Source: Minwuia thermotolerans
Lineage (GTDB): Bacteria; Pseudomonadota; Alphaproteobacteria; Minwuiales; Minwuiaceae
NCBI RefSeq assembly: GCF_002924445.1
Contig: NZ_PIGG01000053.1
Location: 10,063-34,062, forward strand
Reading direction: 5' to 3'
DNA length: 24,000 bases
The translations under genes were made by a program, and so were the position numbers. This document shows, piece by piece, positions 9,615 through 16,000 of the stretch (positions within the stretch are counted from its first letter, which is position 1; each line of letters opens with the position of its first letter). The notes below the pieces were generated by a model. The model did not search any database, was not told where the DNA came from, and saw only the letters and a list, made by a program, of their open reading frames with translations.

Positions 9615-10640
9615 ATGAAATCAATATCATTTTTTAATAACAAGGGTGGCGTTGGAAAAACGACACTCACTGAAAATATCGCTGCATATTTTGCCCTAGA
9701 GAAAAAACAGAGGGTTCTTATTATTGACTGCGATCCGCAATGCAATATTACTCAACTTGTTCTAGGTGATATCAAGACTATTGATTTATATTGGCCAGAA
9801 AAAAATAACAAAGAAGAAACTAAATCAAAAACAATACTGGACGTTGTGGATCCAATTCTAAGTGGAGATGCCGACATAAATTCTCGAATAAGACCTCTGA
9901 GATCAAGCAGCAATCGTTTCGGTGTCGATCTGCTACCCGGCCATCCCCGTTTCTCAACATTCGAGGACGAATTATCAGGATCTTGGGCCGAATTGCCTAC
10001 CGGAAAGGCCGGCGGCTTCCGTGTGACAAACTGGCTACGGTCTTATTTACGCGGTTTAGAAGAAGATTACGATATTGTTTTTATTGACGTCAGCCCATCA
10101 TTAGGGGCATTAAATAGATCTGTTCTTCTTTGCTCTGACTACTTTGTTGTCCCACTTGGCGCCGATGCATTTAGTGTCCTGGGTATTCGTAATATTTCCC
10201 GCTGGATGAGCAGTTGGATTGATTATTATGAAGTAGGTCTTGAACAGTCCGACAGATTGAATCCTGGAGGTTTAGAAAAATATAGTATTATGACAGATAT
10301 TTCAATAAAGAGGGGTTTCATAGGCTTCACACTACAACAATACATTGCCAAAGCAAAAGCTGGAGTTCGGCGACCCACTAAAGCATATGAGAGAATATTG
10401 AATGATATACCCAGAGAGATAGACACTTATCTTAGCAGCTTTGTCGCGAACAATATGGCAACTCCACACCTGGGTGATGTTCCAAATCTATATAGCCTGA
10501 TTCCGATGGCGCAGAGCGCGAACGCTCCAATTATTGCGCTCGAATCTAAGGATGGGCTAGTTGGAAGTCAATTTGGACAGGCTGCACGCTACCGCAACAT
10601 TATCGGCGAATTGGCCGAAACTATCGGAGAGAGGGTATAA
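9615..10640 (+). CDS. ParA/MinD/Soj-class P-loop ATPase (deviant Walker A), 341 aa
   Basis: The track ORF is 9543-10640. I place the start at the ATG at 9615 (MKSISFFNNKGGVGKTTLTENIAAYFA), which puts the Walker A near the N-terminus as in ParA-Ib/MinD proteins. The deviant Walker A KGGVGKTT is at 9642-9665. It is followed by RVLIIDCDPQCN (Walker A') and DIVFIDVSPSLG (Walker B). Codon usage is AT-rich and unlike the host. Confidence 0.85.
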   Translation: MKSISFFNNKGGVGKTTLTENIAAYFALEKKQRVLIIDCDPQCNITQLVLGDIKTIDLYWPEKNNKEETKSKTILDVVDPILSGDADINSRIRPLRSSSNRFGVDLLPGHPRFSTFEDELSGSWAELPTGKAGGFRVTNWLRSYLRGLEEDYDIVFIDVSPSLGALNRSVLLCSDYFVVPLGADAFSVLGIRNISRWMSSWIDYYEVGLEQSDRLNPGGLEKYSIMTDISIKRGFIGFTLQQYIAKAKAGVRRPTKAYERILNDIPREIDTYLSSFVANNMATPHLGDVPNLYSLIPMAQSANAPIIALESKDGLVGSQFGQAARYRNIIGELAETIGERV

Positions 10641-11495
10641 GTGCCCGTTTCTTGGCCAAATACACTTGTCCGTGAAATAGCGGAACGAAGAGCAATTCTA
10701 TTCGTGGGCTCCGGCGTCACAAAATCGGCATTGCCCACACTTCCTAACTGGCCCGACCTATTAAGTGAACTGGCAGAGCGCGTAGATAAAAAGAAAGATG
10801 TGGCCCTTGTCAAAAGTCTGATCCGTAGAGACCGGCTTCTTGATGCCGCTGAATTGATAAATTCACTATTGTCGCCGGTTGAAAGACGGGCTATTTTTGA
10901 GAATAAATTTCTATTTACACCGCCACCTCAAGCAGAGATTTATAGATACCTACTGGATTTAGATTTTAAGGTATGCATAACCACAAATTACGATCAATTT
11001 CTTGAAAAGAATTTTGAATACCATAGCGGCGGCGCCATAGCCTACCAAGTTCGAACTTATAAATATGACAATTTTTTAGCTGATCTCAGATCTCCATCTC
11101 GGACTATTCTAAAACTACATGGGTGCATCACCGATCCGAGCAGTATCATACTGGACCGGCAGCCCTATTTTAAAGCAAAGGCCAATAATCCAGGTATATA
11201 TGATATTGTTGAAGCCCTTTCGACGGTAAATACTGTATTATTTTTTGGATACTCTATAAATGATCCCGATATTCAGTTGATTTTAGAAAGAATTCATGCC
11301 AGATCTCGAACCGATCATCCACACTATGCGCTTGTGTCTAAATTCGAGCACCCGTCTCTTCGAAAAGCCCTGAATGAAACATTTAATGTATCGTTCGTCG
11401 AATACCCCAAAGGTATACACCAGGAATTTCCGGAGGCCGTAAAAGAATTGAGAGACGCAGTAAAGGCCGAACGGGCGCGGTTCGGTATTCCGTGA
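10641..11495 (+). CDS. Stand-alone SIR2-like domain protein (SIR2_2-type, predicted NAD+-consuming effector), 284 aa
   Basis: The GTG start at 10641 directly abuts the TAA of the upstream gene, and a GGAGAGAGGG Shine-Dalgarno-like run lies at 10626-10635. Motifs are ILFVGSGVTKS (aa 19-29), CITTNYDQF (Asn116, codon 10986-10988), ILKLHGC (His160, codon 11118-11120) and VLFFGYSINDPDI (aa 199-211). This is the pattern seen in ThsA/DSR-type SIR2 domains. Confidence 0.8.
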   Translation: MPVSWPNTLVREIAERRAILFVGSGVTKSALPTLPNWPDLLSELAERVDKKKDVALVKSLIRRDRLLDAAELINSLLSPVERRAIFENKFLFTPPPQAEIYRYLLDLDFKVCITTNYDQFLEKNFEYHSGGAIAYQVRTYKYDNFLADLRSPSRTILKLHGCITDPSSIILDRQPYFKAKANNPGIYDIVEALSTVNTVLFFGYSINDPDIQLILERIHARSRTDHPHYALVSKFEHPSLRKALNETFNVSFVEYPKGIHQEFPEAVKELRDAVKAERARFGIP

Positions 11496-11614
11496 TAGAA
11501 TTGGGCACGATAATTTTTAGGATCGAACTTGTTTCAATCGCGCTTCTGAGTACGGATGGCATAAGTTTAGGTTGGTGGCTGTCACAAACCCACAAAGGGG
11601 AGGATTAGAATACG

Positions 11615-12538
11615 ATGAATAGCATCTACCACCATATCCGGGTCATGCCGCTGACCGGCGTGCTGGGCGCGGAGATCGAGGGCGCGGATCTCACAATGCC
11701 GCTGCCCGACCCGGTGTTCGAGGAGATCGAGCAGGCCTTCACCGATCATTCGGTGCTGGTCTTCCGGGACCAGGACATGTCCATCGAGGATCAGAAACGC
11801 TTTACGCGCCGCTTCGGCGAGTTCGGCTTCGAGCCCTATGTCGACACCATGAAGGAGCATCCGGAAGTCATCGAGGTCCTCAAGGAGGCCAGCGAGTCCG
11901 GCATGCTGAATTTCGGCGGCAACTGGCACTCCGACTGGAGCTTCCAGGAGGCGCCGCCCCGGGCCACCATCCTGCACGCCAAGGAGATCCCGCCCTTCGG
12001 CGGCGACACCTGTTTCGCCAGCATGTACCTCGCCTACGACACGCTTTCCGACGGCATGAAGGCCATGCTGGAAGGACTGAACGTGATGCATTCGGCCCGG
12101 CGTCCCTATGGCGTCGGCAACAAGCTGTTCGGCAAGTTCAACCGCGCCATGAAGATCCACAACACCGAGGAGGCGCATGCGGAGCTGGCCCATCCGGCGG
12201 TCCGCACGGTGCCGGAGTCGGGCCGCAAGGCGCTGTTCGTCAATCCCGTCTATTCGATCCGTTTCGAGAACATGAGCGAACGCGAGAGCCGGCCGCTGCT
12301 CGAGTTCCTGCACGCGCACGCGACCCGCATCGAGCTGACCTGCCGCGTCCGCTGGGCGCCGGGCACACTGACCATGTGGGACAACCGCTGCGTCCAGCAC
12401 AACGCCATGAACGACTATGACGGCTACCGCCGCCTGCTCCACCGCACCACGGTCAGGGGCGAACGGCCCTGGCTGGAAGGCAGGGCGCCGGGGGGCTCGG
12501 GAGAGCGCGAACCGGCGCTGGCCCAGTCCGCCGGGTAA
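11615..12538 (+). CDS. tauD: TauD/TfdA-family Fe(II)/2-oxoglutarate-dependent dioxygenase (taurine dioxygenase-like)
   Basis: The 307 aa ORF has the N-terminus ...VMPLTGVLGAEIEGADLTMPL, which resembles E. coli TauD ITPLGPYIGAQISGADLTRPL. The H-x-D iron motif is in NWHSDWSF, with a distal His/Arg region (WDNRCVQHNAMNDY...RRLLHR). An AAAGGGGAGGA Shine-Dalgarno-like run lies ~10 nt upstream. The substrate is not certain. Confidence 0.85.
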   Translation: MNSIYHHIRVMPLTGVLGAEIEGADLTMPLPDPVFEEIEQAFTDHSVLVFRDQDMSIEDQKRFTRRFGEFGFEPYVDTMKEHPEVIEVLKEASESGMLNFGGNWHSDWSFQEAPPRATILHAKEIPPFGGDTCFASMYLAYDTLSDGMKAMLEGLNVMHSARRPYGVGNKLFGKFNRAMKIHNTEEAHAELAHPAVRTVPESGRKALFVNPVYSIRFENMSERESRPLLEFLHAHATRIELTCRVRWAPGTLTMWDNRCVQHNAMNDYDGYRRLLHRTTVRGERPWLEGRAPGGSGEREPALAQSAG

Positions 12539-12563
12539 TGGCGGCGGCGGCCGCACTGAAAGG

Positions 12564-12597
12564 AAAAGGGCTCCGGATCAACTCCGGAGCCCTTTTT
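12564..12597. terminator. Bidirectional intrinsic terminator between the convergent tauD-family gene and bioY
   Basis: There is a 10-bp perfect stem, GGGCTCCGGA (12568-12577) paired with TCCGGAGCCC (12583-12592), and a 5-nt loop. An A4 tract lies on the left and a T5 tract on the right, so a U-tract follows the hairpin on either strand. Confidence 0.75.
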
Positions 12598-12619
12598 CGT
12601 GGCCGCAAGAGCGCTCAAC

Positions 12620-13210
12620 TCAGCGGCGCGACAGGCGGGCGATGAAACCGCCGAGAACCGTCGCGAGGCCCGCCGCGAGAGCCAGCTTCACGAGATCGGT
12701 GACGATGAACGGGCCGATACCGTAGGCGATCGCCATATCCACGCCCAGCAGATAGGCCAGCCAGAGCGCGCCAAGGGCCAGGATCGCGACTTCGCCGAGG
12801 AGCATGGCCGCGCCGATCTTGAGCGGGTTGCGCCACCAGCCCCGATCCGAGGCCCAGCCGACAATGGCGGTCGCGGCGACGAAACCCGCCAGGTAGCCCC
12901 CCGTCGGACCTGCCATGTAGGCGACGCCAAGGCCCTTCTCCGGGGTACCCTGGAACACCGGCATGCCGAGCGCACCCTCCATCAGATAGAGCAGGACCGT
13001 AGCCATTCCGAGGCGCAGGCCGAACGTGGCCGCGATGGTGAATACGGCAAGGGTCTGCAGGGACATCTCGACGGGCCACATGGGCACCTTCGCCTTCGCC
13101 GACATGGTCAGGATGATCGTGCCCATCACCATGAACGCAAGGAACCAGGCCGAACGCGTGAACCGATGGCTCGTTCCGATGCCGTCAAGCGGCGCTGCCG
13201 TTGATCTCAT
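12620..13210 (-). CDS. bioY: Biotin transporter BioY (ECF S-component type)
   Basis: The track ORF is 12620-13960. Only the last 196 codons, from the ATG at 13210, look genuine (MRSTAAPLDG...SLQTLAVFTIAATFGLRLGMATVLLYLMEGALGMPVFQG...GPTGGYLAGF...). The protein is multi-TM with BioY-typical blocks. The upstream extension crosses a terminator and overlaps atpF/atpF'. Confidence 0.85.
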   Translation of the reverse strand: MRSTAAPLDGIGTSHRFTRSAWFLAFMVMGTIILTMSAKAKVPMWPVEMSLQTLAVFTIAATFGLRLGMATVLLYLMEGALGMPVFQGTPEKGLGVAYMAGPTGGYLAGFVAATAIVGWASDRGWWRNPLKIGAAMLLGEVAILALGALWLAYLLGVDMAIAYGIGPFIVTDLVKLALAAGLATVLGGFIARLSRR

Positions 13211-13282
13211 GTGTTCGTACCCCCGGGATTCTTGGACAGAACGCTGCGTCGGCGGAATGGACCTCCCCGTTCCCGCCGGCGC

Positions 13283-13313
13283 AAAAAAGGGGCTCCGGCA
13301 ACGCCGGAGCCCC
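13283..13313 (-). terminator. Intrinsic terminator of the F0 ATP synthase operon
   Basis: There is an 11-bp perfect stem, GGGGCTCCGGC (13289-13299) paired with GCCGGAGCCCC (13303-13313), and a 3-nt loop. The A6 tract at 13283-13288 reads as U6 after the hairpin on the minus-strand transcript. It lies 26 nt downstream of the atpF stop. Confidence 0.75.
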
Positions 13314-13338
13314 TGATTGTTGCTTCCTTGCGGAATGC

Positions 13339-13824
13339 TCAGTGCAGGTGGCGTCCCACGCTGCCGATGGCGTCGTCGATCAGCCGGTTGCCGGCGTCGC
13401 CCTTCAGCTCTTCGCGCAGGATGCGCGCGGCCGCGGCGGTGGCGATGTCGACGGCGCGGTTGCGCACCTCGTCGATCGCCTGCTGCTCGGCCTGGGCGAT
13501 CTTGGATTCCGCCTGGGCCTTCCGGCGTTCCAGCGCGGCCTCCATGTCCGACCGCATCTTCTCGGCCGTGCGCTCGGCTTCCTCGCGGGCGTGCTCGACG
13601 ATGCGGTCCGCTTCCTGGACCGCCTCCTCGGCCTTGCGCTGGTAGTCGGCGTAGAGGGACTGCGCCTCCTCCCGGAGCCGCTTGGCCTCCTCCAGCTCGC
13701 CGCGGATGCGGTCCGCGCGGGCGTCGAGCTGCGCCACGATCTTCCCCGGCAGCTTCAGATAGATCATCAGCGCGAAGAAGAGGACGAAGGCGACGGCGAC
13801 CCAGAATGTCGGATCTGCGAACAT
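13339..13824 (-). CDS. atpF: F0F1 ATP synthase subunit b
   Basis: The 161 aa ORF has a single N-terminal TM segment (MFADPTFWVAVAFVLFFALMIYLKLP) followed by a long charged helix (EEAKRLREEAQ...). It is the last gene of the atpI-B-E-F'-F operon. Its start overlaps the b' stop by 1 nt (TGATG). Confidence 0.9.
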   Translation of the reverse strand: MFADPTFWVAVAFVLFFALMIYLKLPGKIVAQLDARADRIRGELEEAKRLREEAQSLYADYQRKAEEAVQEADRIVEHAREEAERTAEKMRSDMEAALERRKAQAESKIAQAEQQAIDEVRNRAVDIATAAAARILREELKGDAGNRLIDDAIGSVGRHLH

Positions 13825-14315
13825 CAGCGGCCTCCCTCGCGCGCGGCCGAAACCGCCTGGCTGACCCGGTCGTCCGACGGCGCCGCGCCCGACAGCTTCT
13901 GAACCAGGGCCGCGGTGACGCTGCAGGCGACGTCGTCCAGCGAGGCCAGAGCCGCGTCACGCTGCTGCGCGATCTGCTTCTCCGCCTCGGTCTGACGCTG
14001 GTCCAGTTCGGCCTCGATCTCCTGGCGGCGCTTGTCGATCTCGGCGTTCATCTCCGCCTTCATGCCGGCGACGATATTCGCCGCGCTGGAGCGCGCTTCG
14101 GCCAACCGGGCCTCGTAGTCCCGGATCGCCTTGTCGGTCTCCGACTTCAGCTCCTCGGCCTTGTCGAGGTCCGACCGGATTCGCTGCTCGCGGTCTTCCA
14201 GGATCCCGCCGATCCGCGGGATGACCACCCGCGCCATGATCAGGTAAAGGATCACGAAAGTGATCGCGAGCCAGACGATCTGGGATGCAAAGGTTTCTGC
14301 AGCAAGCTGCGGCAT
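13824..14315 (-). CDS. atpF2: F0F1 ATP synthase subunit b' (second b-type subunit)
   Basis: The 163 aa ORF begins MPQLAAETFASQIVWLAITFVILYLIMARVVIPRIGGILEDREQRI..., a b-type architecture. Duplicated b/b' subunits are typical of alphaproteobacterial and photosynthetic-type F0 operons. Confidence 0.9.
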   Translation of the reverse strand: MPQLAAETFASQIVWLAITFVILYLIMARVVIPRIGGILEDREQRIRSDLDKAEELKSETDKAIRDYEARLAEARSSAANIVAGMKAEMNAEIDKRRQEIEAELDQRQTEAEKQIAQQRDAALASLDDVACSVTAALVQKLSGAAPSDDRVSQAVSAAREGGR

Positions 14316-14364
14316 GAGCCCGTGGCCTCGCTGTTGACGTTACGTGTTCGCGTTCGCGGAAAGG

Positions 14365-14384
14365 GACGCGCCCGAAGGCGCGCC
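14365..14384 (-). promoter_or_regulatory. Intra-operon stem-loop immediately after atpE (candidate mRNA stabiliser or partial attenuator)
   Basis: The minus-strand RNA reads GGCGCGCC-UUCG-GGCGCGUC. This is an 8-bp stem with one G-U pair and a UUCG tetraloop, starting 3 nt after the atpE stop. The G-U position is an A-C mismatch on the plus strand, so the structure is specific to the atp transcript. No strong U-tract follows. Confidence 0.45.
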
Positions 14385-14386
14385 GA

Positions 14387-14614
14387 TCAGAATGCGAACA
14401 GGATCAGGAACGCGATGACCAGCGCGAACAGCGCAACGGCCTCGGTGAGCGCGAAGCCCAGCAGCACGTTGCCGAACACACGGCCGGCAGCGCCCGGATT
14501 GCGCAGCGCGCCCGCGACGAAGTTGCCGAAGATGTTACCGATACCCACGCCCACACCGGCGAGCGCGATGGTGGCCAGACCGGCGCCAATCAGCTTTGCG
14601 GCTTCAGCTTCCAT
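14387..14614 (-). CDS. atpE: F0F1 ATP synthase subunit c
   Basis: The 75 aa ORF reads [75 protein letters not shown]. It is a classic c-subunit hairpin with the conserved carboxylate (E in LTEA). Confidence 0.97.
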   Translation of the reverse strand: MEAEAAKLIGAGLATIALAGVGVGIGNIFGNFVAGALRNPGAAGRVFGNVLLGFALTEAVALFALVIAFLILFAF

Positions 14615-14684
14615 TTTCCTAAGTCCCTCTTCAATTCAGGTTGAGGATGATGATCGAAGTTCGAAGTTTCCGGCTCTCTCCGGC

Positions 14685-15422
14685 TCAGTGCCCGGGATGC
14701 AGGGCGTCGTGGAGATAGAGACAGCTCAGAATGGTGAACACATAGGCCTGGAGCAGCGCGATGCCGATCTCCAGACCGGTCAGCGCGACGATGAAGAGCA
14801 GCGGCGCCCAGCCGGCGATGATGCCCAGCGAGACGACGAAGCTGCCGAAGACCTTCAGCATGGTGTGACCGGCCATCATGTTCGCGAACAGTCGCAGGCT
14901 CAGGCTGATCGGCCGCACGAAATAGGAGATGATCTCGATCGGCACCAGGATGAACATCAGCGGCAGGGGCACGCCGGAGGGCACGAACAGTTTCAGGAAG
15001 CCGACACCGTGCTTGAAGATGCCGATCAGGGTCACACCGATGAAGACCACCAGCGCCATCGCGAAGGTGACGATGATGTGGCTCGTCGGCGTGAAGCTGT
15101 AGGGCACCATCCCCAGCAGATTGCAGAACAGGATGAAGAAGAACAGGGTGAACAGGAACGGGAAATAGGGCCGGCCTTCGGATCCCGCATTGTCCCGCAC
15201 CATGTTGGCGATGAATTCGTAACTCATCTCGGCCACCGACTGCAGCCGCCCCGGCACCATGGCCCGGCCGCGCATGCCGACGGTCAGCAGCACCGTGGTG
15301 ACGATCACCGCGATGACCATCCACAGCGCGGAATTCGTGAAGGATACGTCGACGCCGCCGATCTCCAGCGGGACGATCGGGGTGATCTCGAACTGATGCA
15401 GAGGGCTTTCGCCTGCGGCCAC
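14685..15422 (-). CDS. atpB: F0F1 ATP synthase subunit a
   Basis: The 245 aa multi-TM ORF has the conserved SLSLRLFANMMAGH block containing the essential Arg. It lies directly upstream of atpE. Confidence 0.95.
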   Translation of the reverse strand: MAAGESPLHQFEITPIVPLEIGGVDVSFTNSALWMVIAVIVTTVLLTVGMRGRAMVPGRLQSVAEMSYEFIANMVRDNAGSEGRPYFPFLFTLFFFILFCNLLGMVPYSFTPTSHIIVTFAMALVVFIGVTLIGIFKHGVGFLKLFVPSGVPLPLMFILVPIEIISYFVRPISLSLRLFANMMAGHTMLKVFGSFVVSLGIIAGWAPLLFIVALTGLEIGIALLQAYVFTILSCLYLHDALHPGH

Positions 15423-15423
15423 G

Positions 15424-15762
15424 CTATCCGTCCTCTCGTTCCTCGGCGGCCTTCTGGAACTTCATGGCCACCCTGTACACGTTCCTGATACCCACCGCGC
15501 CGCCAATCAGCAACCCGGCAAGGAAGACCCAGGGTCGCGTTCCGATCCACTCGTCGATCCACCAGCCGACGAAGCCGCAGACCAGGAACGCCGCCACCAG
15601 CTCGGCGGAGATCCGCCAGGCGATGCCGTCCGCCCTCGACCTATCCCGCGCCTCGGCCCGCTCCGGGTCCCGGCCTATGTGGCCGGACTCGCGCGCCGCC
15701 TTGATGCGGGCTTCCAGCGTCCCTACACGATCGCGCCACTTTCCGCGCTCATCGTCGCTCAT
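15424..15762 (-). CDS. atpI: ATP synthase protein I (AtpI-like small membrane protein)
   Basis: The 112 aa ORF has a charged N-terminus followed by two hydrophobic segments (ISAELVAAFLVCGFVGWWI / WVFLAGLLIGGAVGI). It is the first gene of the F0 operon, 1 nt upstream of atpB. The call rests mainly on position and topology. Confidence 0.75.
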   Translation of the reverse strand: MSDDERGKWRDRVGTLEARIKAARESGHIGRDPERAEARDRSRADGIAWRISAELVAAFLVCGFVGWWIDEWIGTRPWVFLAGLLIGGAVGIRNVYRVAMKFQKAAEEREDG

Positions 15763-16000
15763 CGACCGGTCCCGCCGGCCGACGCCGCGCTCCGCTCAAG
15801 GCGATGATTGATGATCACGGTACCCATGGCCCGAACGTGATCCGGTTCGGAAGCGGGCGCAACCTATGACGCCCCCGGGGGGTGGTCAACGCGGCCCCAG
15901 CGGACCAAATGACGCACCGATCCGCACTTTGGCCGCGCCGCTCCCGGGGTCCACGATGGCCCGCAGTAGAAGCCCGCAAGCCAGCGAGGAGCGCCCAGCC

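Larger units (their letters stand above)
9565..11610. other. Low-GC genomic islet carrying a two-gene operon. It is presumably horizontally acquired, and no mobility genes are present.
   Basis: Hand counts of sampled 60-nt lines inside give 33% (9601), 30% (10261) and 40% (10981) GC. Line 9241 in holC gives 77%. The transition occurs within ~9540-9570 on the left and ~11595-11615 on the right. Boundaries are approximate. Confidence 0.85.

Noticed and set aside
9615-11495. Interpreting the island as a Thoeris system, or as an integrated plasmid or prophage partition module.
   Set aside because: It is not Thoeris. There is no TIR-domain ThsB gene, and the SIR2 protein lacks the SLOG domain of ThsA. 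It is not a partition cassette. There is no ParB-like gene, no centromere-like repeats, and no replication or phage genes, and ParA's partner position is occupied by a SIR2 enzyme.
9492-11513. Short repeats near the island ends that could be target-site duplications or att sites. These are GGGCACATAA (9492-9501) versus GGGCACGATAA (11503-11513), and TAGAATA (9578-9584) versus TAGAATA (11606-11612).
   Set aside because: Matches of 7-10 nt, one of them imperfect, between two ~100-nt AT-rich junction windows are expected by chance. The first left copy lies inside the holC coding end. No integrase or inverted repeats support a mobile-element interpretation. An island-free relative is needed to settle it.
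10226-11595. Small minus-strand ORFs inside the island (10226-10426, 10589-10813 and 11383-11595).
   Set aside because: They lie antisense to the two well-supported plus-strand genes. They have no motifs and no plausible RBS, and short ORFs like these can arise by chance.
11582-12556. A 324-aa minus-strand ORF overlapping the tauD-family gene.
   Set aside because: The plus-strand frame has the TauD H-x-D motif and N-terminal similarity to E. coli TauD. The minus-strand frame has none of these and is an antisense artefact.
13211-13960. The N-terminal 250 codons of the 446-aa track ORF 12620-13960.
   Set aside because: Only the last 196 codons look like BioY. The extension crosses the atp terminator hairpin and overlaps atpF/atpF' in another frame.
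13317-15488. A 723-aa plus-strand ORF across the ATP synthase region.
   Set aside because: It lies antisense to atpF, atpF', atpE and atpB. Its translation is Arg/Pro/Ala-rich junk, and it runs through intergenic hairpins.
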